Shown here one piece after another: positions 17,771 to 26,894 of a stretch of DNA of 43,027 nt (its first letter is position 1; each line of letters begins with the position of its first letter). Origin of the DNA: Candidatus Micrarchaeota archaeon (GTDB taxonomy: Archaea > Micrarchaeota > Micrarchaeia > Burarchaeales > JAKAKT01); contig JBDRKD010000060.1 in the NCBI GenBank assembly GCA_043814255.1, positions 1-43,027 of the forward strand, given 5' to 3'. The notes beneath the pieces are model-generated. The model ran no database searches. It was not told the DNA's origin and was given only the letters and a program-made list of their open reading frames with translations. The translations under genes were made by a program, and so were the position numbers.

Positions 17771-18224
17771 ACATCCTTTTCAGGACATCAAGGGATTCGC
17801 GTATCCTGGCAAACGCTTCCTCGTTTTTCCCCCTGTAGATGTATTCAAAACTGGTTGCGACCTCGTTATTCGGGGCAGAGGGAGGCACAGAGAATCTGTA
17901 TTTTCCCCTATCCCTATCAACAAGCCCCTTGTTCTTGAGCACAAGGAGATGGTATCTGAGTGCCTTCTCATTTGTTTTGTGCTTTCCCCTGTTGATGTAT
18001 TCAATGAGTTCATGCACATCCGCCCCATCACCGCTGAACGAGAAATGGAGCAGGGCATCAAGCAGGGACAGCATCGTTCTCCTGCTTTCCTTTGGGGATA
18101 TCAGCCCAGTCGCAAGGGCGAGCCATCTCACCAAGGAGTTTTTCGTCATCTTGACATCCTCGGTGAGCTGCATATCCCGTATAACTATCTCGGAGCGTAT
18201 GAGCTTCGCTTCAGGCATCTCCAT
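17763..18224 (-). CDS. Winged-helix (ArsR/MarR-like) DNA-binding protein
   Basis: The track start at 18272 is TTG; the first ATG is at 18224 (MEMPEAK...). The C-terminal half KALRYHLLVLKNKGLVDRDRGKYRFS looks like a wHTH recognition helix plus wing. Its stop overlaps the lhr start by 8 nt. Confidence 0.6.
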   Translation of the reverse strand: MEMPEAKLIRSEIVIRDMQLTEDVKMTKNSLVRWLALATGLISPKESRRTMLSLLDALLHFSFSGDGADVHELIEYINRGKHKTNEKALRYHLLVLKNKGLVDRDRGKYRFSVPPSAPNNEVATSFEYIYRGKNEEAFARIRESLDVLKRMYE

Positions 18225-18245
18225 AATCCCACCAAAAATGTTTTG

Positions 18246-18259
18246 GCATTTTAACTTAA
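18246..18259 (-). promoter_or_regulatory. TATA-like box for the wHTH-lhr unit
   Basis: The minus strand reads tatttaagttaaaa, centred ~28 nt upstream of ATG 18224. This fits an archaeal leaderless transcript. Confidence 0.4.
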
Positions 18260-18831
18260 ATACCTTTTCCAATTGTCAGTTTTACACTAAAAGTTCCGTC
18301 TGTACCTAAGGTAACGGGATTGAACCTAACGTCAACTGCATCAGGGGGAGAGGCGGCGTGCGTTCGCATCCCACCACGCGGCGCTGCTGAATGTCGTGCG
18401 GATTCCCCTAATGGAAGCGCTCCCGTTTCCAACATCCAGAACGTATTCATCCTCATTCCCGTTATGCCTTAGGAACAAGCGGTATGTACCCGGTTCGAGT
18501 ACAACTGGCTTGATATGTTCCGGGAGCTGATGCATGTTCGGGATCCATGATGCACGCATATAAGCCGGCGCGCATATGGAATTATTGAGTCCTTTTACAT
18601 CCAGGGTAATCTCGTTACCTTCGCGGGAAGGAAGGACGATGATTTCGATAAGCTCGCAGGCGTATGTCTTTTCAGTGTTTAGGTGAAGCATCGCGCCCTC
18701 ACCAATGGGCTCCATAAGTTGCTCGTTGGACGAATCAAGTTTGAGAACCCTAATGGCTCGTAAGCAGGCGGATATCCAAAACAGCCAGACAGCGCGAGAA
18801 ACACGAGCAGCATGAGAATGCGATGATGCAT
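18256..18831 (-). pseudogene. Lipoprotein gene split over three reading frames (two apparent frameshifts)
   Basis: Frame A (18831-18679) encodes MHHRILMLLVFLALSGCFG..., a lipobox signal, and stops after 50 codons. Frame B (18715-18341) carries a 124-aa body. Frame C (to 18256) carries a protein-like tail PPDAVDVRFNPVTLGTDGTFSVKLTIGKGI. The B/C junction is a G5 run at 18344-18348, and removing one G joins B to C in frame. Confidence 0.5.
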
Positions 18832-18992
18832 ATTCCCCTTGTTATCTTCGATTTTTTATAACTACTGTTCCCGCCACCGGTCATAAAATCCATCTCCCTG
18901 AACATAATCCCCATCTTGAACCTAAGACTGCCATTTTCGAGTGGTTTGGGTGCAAAGCCCCAACCGCCCACCCTTTATATCTTAAAACACAA

Positions 18993-19379
18993 ATGAAAAA
19001 CATGGCAGCATCCCCTGCACCAAAAAAATACGAAACTGTTTCCGGGGGCGACAGGAGAAGAGAGTTAATCATGCTCAGCGAGAGAAAAAGGAAACTAACT
19101 CTAATCAAAAGAGAGAACAAAGTAATACAATTAGCGGGCAGGATAGCTGGAGCGATTACCCGGAAATCAAAGCAGAGGGACCTATCTGAAGAAGAGCAAC
19201 TGATGCTCAGAACAGCATATGGAATCCCTTCGAAAATCAGGGTGCGGGGCAAGATAATGGCAACTGCCTTGGATGAAGTGGAAAGACATTTGGGCAATAT
19301 GGAGGCTCGCTTGACAATCATAGATGTAAACTACTTCAAAAAGCCAGAAAGGGCATTCCTAGACGCCCACGGGAAATGA
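18993..19379 (+). CDS. Basic hypothetical protein
   Basis: 128-aa ORF rich in K/R. A TATA-like site tttatatcttaaaa lies at 18974-18987, so the second ATG (19002) may be the leaderless start. Confidence 0.55.
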   Translation: MKNMAASPAPKKYETVSGGDRRRELIMLSERKRKLTLIKRENKVIQLAGRIAGAITRKSKQRDLSEEEQLMLRTAYGIPSKIRVRGKIMATALDEVERHLGNMEARLTIIDVNYFKKPERAFLDAHGK

Positions 19380-19624
19380 CTGTTGTCTTACTGAGATTGG
19401 ACATACTGGAGATTAGCCGCAACCTCTCACCCAATGAGAAAAGAGGTCAAATCCTTGCCCGCAATCGGGAGCAGAACATCAGATGGATGGGCAGATTAAA
19501 CGAGAGAAGGATGACAGACCTTCTCAACGTGTTGAATGATTATAAGAGAGACAATCTCCAACACTTTACGAGAAAAGGATTCCTTGCAAGTGCCATGCAT
19601 GGGATTTCACTCGGTGGCCAGTGA
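19376..19624 (+). CDS. Hypothetical protein
   Basis: ATGA overlap with the upstream stop suggests translational coupling. 82 aa with no recognisable motif. Confidence 0.5.
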   Translation: MTVVLLRLDILEISRNLSPNEKRGQILARNREQNIRWMGRLNERRMTDLLNVLNDYKRDNLQHFTRKGFLASAMHGISLGGQ

Positions 19625-19646
19625 AGAAAGGAATTTAAAACAATAG

Positions 19647-20036
19647 ATGCAACCATTCATCGGTGGTTTTCTGGGTTTCAGGGTCTCTCCCCGTTTCTAT
19701 CCAATAAGGCTTGGGGCATACATGCAAAACAATACCGAGTTGTCAATAGAGATAGAGAATACGGGGGAGCAGCCATGCTGGACCGAGTGCGATGTCATAG
19801 TTCCAGAAGCCCTCTCGCTCGCGCCAGACAGAGAGCTTTCAAAGGGCAGGGTAAGGATCGGCATAATCAACGCTTCCGAGACACTGGGCGGGAAATGCAA
19901 AATCTATGCAGGCCCAAAGTCATACCCAGACATCTATGAGATCAGGCTTGTCCTATACGGGTTCGGGAAGGATGGCGTGATACTCCAGAGAGAAGAGAAG
20001 AAGACAGAGATCCGTTGCGAGCACCTTGGGAAATAA
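19647..20036 (+). CDS. Hypothetical protein (start may be ATG 19722)
   Basis: 129-aa ORF. The part from MQNNTELSIEIENTGE onward looks like a small beta-rich domain. No family recognised. Confidence 0.5.
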   Translation: MQPFIGGFLGFRVSPRFYPIRLGAYMQNNTELSIEIENTGEQPCWTECDVIVPEALSLAPDRELSKGRVRIGIINASETLGGKCKIYAGPKSYPDIYEIRLVLYGFGKDGVILQREEKKTEIRCEHLGK

Positions 20037-20810
20037 TCAGGTTCTTTCCCCCTTCCTATACGCATCCTTTATCTTCCACCTTCTAACACCAATCCAAACC
20101 AGGGCGAGTATCGTGAATGCCATGCAGAGGCTCAGCTGTGGCATAGACAGTTTCCAAGCGAAGTATGCTCCACTTACCACACTTCCAAGTACTACGAGTT
20201 CTGAGAATCCAGCAGGCGTATAGTTGAGCATGAACCAGAATCCGAGGACAGAGCCAACAATCCCTATAAGCATGAACACTTCCCCAAACGCTCTGACATA
20301 GGCGGCTATCTCATGCCCCCTCTCAAGCACGCCCCATTCCGAGAACATTATGTGCCAGTCATGGTTCGTGGGTCCCATGTCATTTGCGTTTCCTGTTATT
20401 CCCCCAAAATATGATGTGCCATACGGGGCGTTAGAGTTTTCCATGTATGATGCGGTGTACGGCATCACTGAACCCATACAAGCGAAGAATATCATGGCAA
20501 GCGCCGCCCCGCGTTTATCCCTTGCAAAGAATACTACTGCAACAACCGGGTTCAGGTATTCAAACAGTGTCCCGCCAGCAGTGGTAATAATCCTATCCCC
20601 ACCACCCAATACCCCAAATAAGAGGTGCCCAACTTCATGGATGGCTACAGATACCCCAAGATAGAGGTTTATCGGAAATCCAAACTGCCCAAAGCCGATA
20701 GGCACGAGGAATATGAGAAAGAATAGCCCTGTTGTCGCGATGGCCATCTCGTTTTTAGAGCGTTCCAGCGCTTTTTTCTCCTCTTCTCTTTCAAGTTCCA
20801 GTTCTTCCAT
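20037..20810 (-). CDS. Membrane-embedded putative zincin peptidase (HExxH)
   Basis: ATG start. Several TM segments with HEVGHLLFG at the edge of a helix. This resembles the DUF3267 or M50-like membrane metalloprotease layout; the family assignment is tentative. Confidence 0.55.
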   Translation of the reverse strand: MEELELEREEEKKALERSKNEMAIATTGLFFLIFLVPIGFGQFGFPINLYLGVSVAIHEVGHLLFGVLGGGDRIITTAGGTLFEYLNPVVAVVFFARDKRGAALAMIFFACMGSVMPYTASYMENSNAPYGTSYFGGITGNANDMGPTNHDWHIMFSEWGVLERGHEIAAYVRAFGEVFMLIGIVGSVLGFWFMLNYTPAGFSELVVLGSVVSGAYFAWKLSMPQLSLCMAFTILALVWIGVRRWKIKDAYRKGERT

Positions 20811-20816
20811 GACTAT

Positions 20817-20830
20817 CTTTTAAAATAACT
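20817..20830. promoter_or_regulatory. TATA-like box in a 37-bp divergent intergenic region
   Basis: ctttTAAAATAAct is centred ~25 nt upstream of ATG 20848. It also lies just upstream of the divergent gene that starts at 20810. Confidence 0.4.
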
Positions 20831-20847
20831 CTCATTAAAACCTAACT

Positions 20848-21462
20848 ATGCGCCTTTTCATCATACGCCATGGGGAAACTGTGTTCAACAGGAAGTCCAT
20901 TATCCAGGGAAACATCGATTCGGAGTTGACATCGCTTGGGGAATCCCAGGCATCCCTAACTTCCTCCGAGCTAAAAAACGTCCCAATAGACAACATATTC
21001 TCAAGCCCAACGTCAAGAACATACATCACAGCACTATCCATAGCAAAGCCGCACAGGCTCCCTGTTGTGAAGGTTCCGGCTCTCGTGGAAAGGAATTATG
21101 GAATTTACGAGGGAAAACTGATGAGGGAAACAAAGATGGCTCACCCAGAGTATTTTTCTGATTACTCCAAACTCGATTTCGATGTAAAACCAAAACAAGG
21201 GGAGAGCATAAACGATGTTTCAAAGAGGGTGTCCAGATTCATGGAACGACTCCAAAAGAATTTCCCCAAAAAGGTAATAGTGCTTGTCGCCCACGGGATA
21301 GTGAACAAGGTTATTATTACTAATCTACTCAATAATTCGCTCTCGAAAATAGGCACCTACAGGCAGGGCAATACATGCATCAATGAGCTGTTAATAGAAA
21401 ACGGAAAAGCGGAGGCAGTGAGATTAAACTACCGTGAGCATCTGAAAAATACTCCAGAATAA
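20848..21462 (+). CDS. Histidine phosphatase (phosphoglycerate mutase-like) family protein
   Basis: N-terminal LFIIRHGETVFN (RHG catalytic motif) and a downstream VLVAHG motif. ~200 aa, typical for the family. Confidence 0.8.
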   Translation: MRLFIIRHGETVFNRKSIIQGNIDSELTSLGESQASLTSSELKNVPIDNIFSSPTSRTYITALSIAKPHRLPVVKVPALVERNYGIYEGKLMRETKMAHPEYFSDYSKLDFDVKPKQGESINDVSKRVSRFMERLQKNFPKKVIVLVAHGIVNKVIITNLLNNSLSKIGTYRQGNTCINELLIENGKAEAVRLNYREHLKNTPE

Positions 21463-21502
21463 ACCGTTGTCGATACCAACCATATCGTCCATCAACTTTA
21501 TT

Positions 21503-21742
21503 TTAATCCCTACATAACCACCATTTCCTGTTTGATTTCGCCCCTCTGAACTGGTATAGGACACACCTATCCAGCGTTCCCCCGCATTTCATTTTCAGTT
21601 TTTCATACAACTTCTTCGGGTCGGAGCGTTTCATATGTTCCGGTGTTTTAATGCCAATGGAGTAGAGTTTTTCCGCAGTGACCCTACCCACATTCTTCAG
21701 AGTCTGAAGGCGTTCTATTGCTTCTGATTTTCGTTTGTTCAT
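21503..21742 (-). CDS. Small helix-hairpin-helix protein (Cdd1/TfoX-C-like)
   Basis: 79 aa. LKNVGRVTAEKLYSIGIKTPEHM is an HhH-type motif. Confidence 0.5.
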   Translation of the reverse strand: MNKRKSEAIERLQTLKNVGRVTAEKLYSIGIKTPEHMKRSDPKKLYEKLKMKCGGTLDRCVLYQFRGAKSNRKWWLCRD

Positions 21743-21834
21743 GCTATCTTTTTTAGTAATGGGGCGAAAGGATTAAAACAATGGATTCTCCTTATGATTC
21801 CTGTTTCTTTCAAGCAGGCGACTGAGGCAGCGAG

Positions 21835-22848
21835 ATGAGAATAAGAAAAAAACTTGATTTCAGTGAGCTGGAGAACAGCATTTTCAATATAAAGAACGAG
21901 CCAATGCCCTCCGGCGCTTGGTGGTGGTGGTTCTGGCTCTTCTTCTTCGAAAACCCGAAGGACCCCGAGAGACCGAGACAGCTCATGATACTCTGGTCCA
22001 CAAAGAACGTGAAGGAGATACAATGCAATGACCTGAAAATAGACATAACACATCCATTGGACAGGAGCAACCTCGACGGGGCAGTTGCCGCATGGTACTT
22101 CGACGGGGAGAAGATGCGCCACAATTTCCTTCTGGAACAGTGCAAGATAGCGGTACACGAAAACGGCATCTCAACTGATTCCAAAACACCAACATCATTC
22201 TCCATAAACAAGACGACAAGCACCGTAAGGATAGGCGATGATATCGAATTCATCGCAGATGTGGAGGAAAGAAACGAATTCACACTACCAACGTACAACT
22301 CAAACACCTATCTCAAGGACATAGGCTACATAATCATACGCCTAAACAAGCTGGCGCTGCGGGGGAAGGTTAGTGGCGAGCAGATAAGCGGTACTGCCTA
22401 TTTCCAACGGGTATTCGTTAACTCCCCCGCACCTTCATGGTATTGGGGCATATTCCATTTCGAGAAGGGCGCCATCCTTTCATACTTCAATCCTAATGTT
22501 TTCGGAATCACCGTTAAGAAGGACATATCCTTTTTCGACGGGGAAAAGACGCACGAGTTTTTTGACATATATGTAGAGCGCTCTGGGGGGGAAGTGCCTA
22601 CATTCACCATATCCGGAGAGGACAGGCACAAGAAAATAAGATTTGTTGTGAAGTCATATTCCCATTCCTCCTGGACATTCAGGAAAAAAACCCTTGGGCT
22701 CATCCCGAACAAGCTAGTTTACAATGAATACCCTGCAGTCATCACTGAGTTCAAGTTCACTGACAAGCAGACTGGCAAGAGCATAACACGGGATGATATC
22801 GGGAAAGCGATTGGTAACGCCGAACACACAACAGGACTGCTTCTCTAG
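21835..22848 (+). CDS. Hypothetical protein
   Basis: 337-aa ORF with ATG start and a Trp/Phe-rich segment (GAWWWWFWLFFFENPKDPERP). No family recognised. Confidence 0.6.
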   Translation: MRIRKKLDFSELENSIFNIKNEPMPSGAWWWWFWLFFFENPKDPERPRQLMILWSTKNVKEIQCNDLKIDITHPLDRSNLDGAVAAWYFDGEKMRHNFLLEQCKIAVHENGISTDSKTPTSFSINKTTSTVRIGDDIEFIADVEERNEFTLPTYNSNTYLKDIGYIIIRLNKLALRGKVSGEQISGTAYFQRVFVNSPAPSWYWGIFHFEKGAILSYFNPNVFGITVKKDISFFDGEKTHEFFDIYVERSGGEVPTFTISGEDRHKKIRFVVKSYSHSSWTFRKKTLGLIPNKLVYNEYPAVITEFKFTDKQTGKSITRDDIGKAIGNAEHTTGLLL

Positions 22849-22876
22849 CTTCCATTTGAAAACTTAAAAACCCAAT

Positions 22877-23620
22877 ATGGTAATGAATAGAACAGGTGAC
22901 CCCGTGGAAGAATCCAAATGGAAGATAGATTTCGTCAAATTCCACGCAACAATTTCTATTTTCTTCTTACTTTTGGGACTGTCCCCGCTTACAAGGGTAT
23001 TCTCACTCTTCGCCTTCTTCGACCCAGAAGCCTACTTCATCCCGCAATACGTTCCATATACCCTATCCGTCATGGGCGGGGTATCCGCATTGATGTACCT
23101 GAGGGGAAACAAATCCAAGATATATGTCGCTTTCATGACAATGATTCTCCGCGCATGCATTGCAATAAGCCTTTTCATGATTGGTTACTTCTTCTTGACT
23201 AATGTATTAATGTATATGGGGAACTCCGCCTTACCAGAATACTGCACGTTCTCTAAAGGGATCCTGTGCCAAAGTTCTGTGCTCATGAGCCACAGCGATA
23301 AGCTGAGCCTTTCACTTATAAACGGGTTCAATAAGCCAATAGTCATAATGCACATAAGCTGTTCCAAAAACAGGGACCAATACGAACCATGCAGCTCAAA
23401 AAGATGCCAGAGTTACGATTCGAGCAAAATAGGCGTGGAACTGGAGCCAGGGGCTTCTACTGGTTTCAGTCTCAGGTGCAACGATGACGAGGGAAAACCC
23501 CTGCGCTTCCGCAAAGGCGACCACTATACTGGAAAGATAATCATAAAGTTCCACTATTCGGATGAATCAAGCAATAACCCGAGAAAGACCGTTGGGAGCA
23601 TTTGGGTAAAGGCAGCCTGA
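22877..23620 (+). CDS. Membrane protein with a C-terminal soluble domain
   Basis: About four N-terminal hydrophobic segments followed by a ~100-aa Cys-containing domain. No family recognised. Confidence 0.6.
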   Translation: MVMNRTGDPVEESKWKIDFVKFHATISIFFLLLGLSPLTRVFSLFAFFDPEAYFIPQYVPYTLSVMGGVSALMYLRGNKSKIYVAFMTMILRACIAISLFMIGYFFLTNVLMYMGNSALPEYCTFSKGILCQSSVLMSHSDKLSLSLINGFNKPIVIMHISCSKNRDQYEPCSSKRCQSYDSSKIGVELEPGASTGFSLRCNDDEGKPLRFRKGDHYTGKIIIKFHYSDESSNNPRKTVGSIWVKAA

Positions 23621-23640
23621 GCGTTGAGCCGTCTGTAAAC

Positions 23641-23653
23641 TATATTAAAAATA
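23641..23653 (+). promoter_or_regulatory. TATA-like box of hypF
   Basis: tatattaaaaata is centred ~25 nt upstream of ATG 23671, and there is no SD between them. This suggests a leaderless transcript. Confidence 0.45.
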
Positions 23654-23670
23654 CACCATAATCTCTCTAC

Positions 23671-25839
23671 ATGTACAGGTTCTTCGTCCAGGGCGTTGTT
23701 CAGGGGGTGGGGTTCAGGCCATACATCTACAGGAAGGCCAAGGAATACTCTCTAGTTGGAACAGTGAAGAATATAGGCAGCGGCGTGGAGATTATAATCA
23801 ACGATAAGGACTTCATGAAGAAACTGACTGACCTGCCACCGCTTGCGAAGATAACCGACCACACGGATGAGGAGATTGAAACCAAGGAATACACCGATTT
23901 CTCAATTCTCAAGAGCACGGAGTCTGAAGGCGAAACAATATTGCCACAAGACATCTTCACGTGCAAGGACTGCCTCAGGGAACTTAAGGATAGGGACAAC
24001 AGGAGAAGCAACTACTATTTCATCACATGCACGAACTGCGGCCCGAGGTTCTCCATGATAATAGATTACCCTTATGACAGGCCCCTAACTTCAATGCGGC
24101 ATTTCGAGATGTGCGATGAATGCAGGAAAGAATATGCAAATCCGTTGGATAGGAGGTACCACGCTCAGACAATAGCATGCAAGGACTGCGGCCCGAAACT
24201 GCTGCTGAAACAAGGAAGCAAAGCAATACACCTGAATTCAGACTTAGAGACGATAAAAAGGGCAGCAGAGCTCATAAAATCAGGGGAGATTCTCTCCATA
24301 AAAGGAGTTGGCGGGTTTCACCTATGTTCCCTAACAGATGATTCGGCTGTTGAAAAAGTAAGGAAACTGTTAAACAGGAGCCACAAGCCCTTCGCAGTGA
24401 TGGTGAAAGACTTAGGAAAGGCAAAAGAAATCGCCAGCATTTCAGAGAAAGAAGCAGGGTTATTGCAATCCCCCGAGCGGCCGATAATGGTATTGAGGAA
24501 GAAGGACAGGGAACAGTTTTCTGGCATCTCTGAGTTGGATTCAATAGGCATAATGCTACCATACACGGCGCTCCATTACCTCATGTTCGATTTTATCGAA
24601 GCCCCTCTGCTCATGACATCATGCAACATACCTGGAGAACCAGTCGCAGTAAAAGAGAAGATTGGAAAATACTTCCTCACCCACGAACGGGAGATAATCA
24701 ACAGGTGCGATGACTCAGTTCTGAAGATAATTGCAGGCAGGGCATTCTTCCTAAGAAGATCAAGGGGATACACGCCACTCCCAGTAAAACTTCCAATAAG
24801 CGTCAGCGAGACGATTGCGCTTGGGGCAGAGCTCAACAATGTCATAGCTGTCTCAAAGAGGAATAACTGCTTCCTCTCACAATACCTGGGCAACACCTCA
24901 AAACTCGCGACAGCAGAATTTCTCAAGGAAACAGCCGATACCTTCATCCGTTTAACAAGGCTCAAACCAAGAATCATCGCATGCGACATGCACCCATCCT
25001 ATTTCTCAACATCTCTTGCAAGGGAACTGGCAGATAAGCACAACGCATCCCTAATTCAGGTACAGCACCACAAAGCCCATATCGCAAGCGTTGCTGCTGA
25101 GCACGAACTCTCAGATTATGTTGGGATCGCAATGGATGGGTTAGGGTTTGGGGAGGATGGGAACATATGGGGAGGGGAAGTCTTCGATGTTCGCAATGGT
25201 ACAGACTTCAGAAGGATTGGGCACCTTGAGGAACAACCCCAGCTTGGCGGAGATTCCGCCACAATCTACCCAAAGAAGATGCTGTTCGGGTTATTGGCAA
25301 GATTTCTCGATGAAACTGAACTGCTAAAACTTGCTTTTTACGATGAGAAGGAGACCAAACTCTATCTAAACCTCTTGGATGCCGGGTTCAATGTCCCGCA
25401 GACAACAAGCGCTGGAAGGATTCTCGATGCCGCATCATCACTATTGGGTTTGTGTGATAAGAGGACATATGATGGCAGGCCAGCCATGCTTCTCGAGAGC
25501 ATGGCAACAGAGCCGTTGGAATTCGAGCCGGTCTATGGTGAAGAAGACGGGAGAAGGATACTCATGACAACCCCACTTTTCAAACACCTCTTAGAAAATC
25601 TGGAAGAGGGAAAGGGAAGGTTGGCGGCAACAGTGCAAACATATCTTGCCAAAGGGCTATTCGATATTGCGAGAAGGGAGAAGAAACAGGTTGTCCTCTC
25701 TGGCGGGGTTGCATACAACAGGATGATTTCGGATATTATGCTGAAGAATGGGGTGCTGATGAACAGGGACATCCCATCCGGCGATGGCGGGATATGCTTT
25801 GGCCAGTCCTATCTAGCAAACCTAATTACAGAGAGCTAA
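23671..25839 (+). CDS. hypF: [NiFe]-hydrogenase maturation carbamoyltransferase HypF
   Basis: Acylphosphatase-like N-terminus (FVQGVVQGVGFRPYIYRKA). Two CxxC-x18-CxxC zinc fingers (CKDC...CTNC and CDEC...CKDC). YrdC-like and Kae1-like C-terminal regions. 722 aa. Confidence 0.92.
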   Translation: MYRFFVQGVVQGVGFRPYIYRKAKEYSLVGTVKNIGSGVEIIINDKDFMKKLTDLPPLAKITDHTDEEIETKEYTDFSILKSTESEGETILPQDIFTCKDCLRELKDRDNRRSNYYFITCTNCGPRFSMIIDYPYDRPLTSMRHFEMCDECRKEYANPLDRRYHAQTIACKDCGPKLLLKQGSKAIHLNSDLETIKRAAELIKSGEILSIKGVGGFHLCSLTDDSAVEKVRKLLNRSHKPFAVMVKDLGKAKEIASISEKEAGLLQSPERPIMVLRKKDREQFSGISELDSIGIMLPYTALHYLMFDFIEAPLLMTSCNIPGEPVAVKEKIGKYFLTHEREIINRCDDSVLKIIAGRAFFLRRSRGYTPLPVKLPISVSETIALGAELNNVIAVSKRNNCFLSQYLGNTSKLATAEFLKETADTFIRLTRLKPRIIACDMHPSYFSTSLARELADKHNASLIQVQHHKAHIASVAAEHELSDYVGIAMDGLGFGEDGNIWGGEVFDVRNGTDFRRIGHLEEQPQLGGDSATIYPKKMLFGLLARFLDETELLKLAFYDEKETKLYLNLLDAGFNVPQTTSAGRILDAASSLLGLCDKRTYDGRPAMLLESMATEPLEFEPVYGEEDGRRILMTTPLFKHLLENLEEGKGRLAATVQTYLAKGLFDIARREKKQVVLSGGVAYNRMISDIMLKNGVLMNRDIPSGDGGICFGQSYLANLITES

Positions 25840-26537
25840 TGGTCATGTCCCTTCCCAAGCAGATGGTCCCTCTCGTGCACAATGAACTTCGCTGCACGTT
25901 CAAACGATCCAGGTTCTTTGGAGGATGTTTTCACTATCACTGCCTTCGAGTTGATGTTCCCAATATCCTCAAAATATATCTTCTCATCGAACCCAACAGC
26001 TTCAGCCAAATCGTATTTCGAGATAATGACAAGTTCCGCATTCATGAATATGATTGGGTATTTCTTCGGCTTGTCAGAGCCCTCTGTTGTTGAGCTGACC
26101 ACAATGTCAATATGCTGCCCTATCTTCACGCCTGCAGGACATACTAAATTTCCAACATTCTCTATAACCAGATATCCCTTCCCCTCCAGATTCATGTTAC
26201 CCAACGCATCATTTACCATCGCGGCATTCAAATGACAGCCGCTGTGGGTGTTTATCTGGTAACTGTCGACTCCGCGTTTTTCAAGCCGCTCCTTGTCGAT
26301 ATCTGACTCAAGATCCCCTTCGATGACCGCAATCTCGGAGGGGGCGATGTATTTCACAATACTCTCTATGAACGTTGTTTTCCCGCTCCCTGGAGCACCA
26401 AGCACGTTGATGCACAGCATCCCCTTCTCCTTTAGCAAGTGCCAGGTCTTATGCGCAATGGCATCGTTCTCTTCAGTTACTGATCTATTTACTTCAATCC
26501 TGCTCGCAGGTTCATTACATCCACATTCATCACACAT
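25836..26537 (-). CDS. hypB: Hydrogenase nickel-incorporation GTPase HypB
   Basis: The first ATG gives MCDECGC (N-terminal CxxCGC Ni site). P-loop GAPGSGKTT. The track start at 26546 is GTG. Its stop overlaps the hypF stop by 4 nt (convergent genes). Confidence 0.9.
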   Translation of the reverse strand: MCDECGCNEPASRIEVNRSVTEENDAIAHKTWHLLKEKGMLCINVLGAPGSGKTTFIESIVKYIAPSEIAVIEGDLESDIDKERLEKRGVDSYQINTHSGCHLNAAMVNDALGNMNLEGKGYLVIENVGNLVCPAGVKIGQHIDIVVSSTTEGSDKPKKYPIIFMNAELVIISKYDLAEAVGFDEKIYFEDIGNINSKAVIVKTSSKEPGSFERAAKFIVHERDHLLGKGHDH

Positions 26538-26538
26538 T

Positions 26539-26889
26539 CTAATCACCAGTCTCTATCGAGGCGATAATGAAATCCTTCCCCTGAATTATCTCCACGTCAG
26601 TTGATTCGCATTCTGGGCACATCATAAGATATGCCTCGTTTACCCCGCTTTCTTTTTTACACTTATTGCACCGTATCTTACCTGGCATTTCATTCACTTC
26701 AAGCACAGTTTCTGAGAGCATTCTCTCCTCCGTTTTCAACATATCGAAGTAAAACAGAACCGGCTCCTTTTTATATGCTGTAAGATTCCCCAACTCAATT
26801 ATAACTTTCTTTGGTGTTTTGACGTTTCTTCTCCTGCACTCTGACACCACCACTCTTATGATGCTCTTCGTTACAGCGAGTTCATGCAT
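26539..26889 (-). CDS. hypA: Hydrogenase nickel-insertion protein HypA
   Basis: Canonical MHELAV start at 26889. C-terminal CxxC...CxxC zinc site (CNKC...CPEC). ~116 aa. Confidence 0.88.
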   Translation of the reverse strand: MHELAVTKSIIRVVVSECRRRNVKTPKKVIIELGNLTAYKKEPVLFYFDMLKTEERMLSETVLEVNEMPGKIRCNKCKKESGVNEAYLMMCPECESTDVEIIQGKDFIIASIETGD

Positions 26890-26894
26890 ACTCA

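Noticed and set aside
16953-18254. 433-aa plus-strand ORF, with other long ORFs at 15870..16340 and 16353..16868
   Set aside because: They are antisense to the well-supported lhr and wHTH genes. Their composition is Ser/Pro/Cys-rich with no motifs, typical of shadow ORFs.
18750-19321. Minus-strand ORFs 18750..18971 and 18881..19321
   Set aside because: They overlap the promoter and coding region of the plus-strand gene 18993..19379 and the signal-peptide frame of the disrupted lipoprotein. No supporting motifs.
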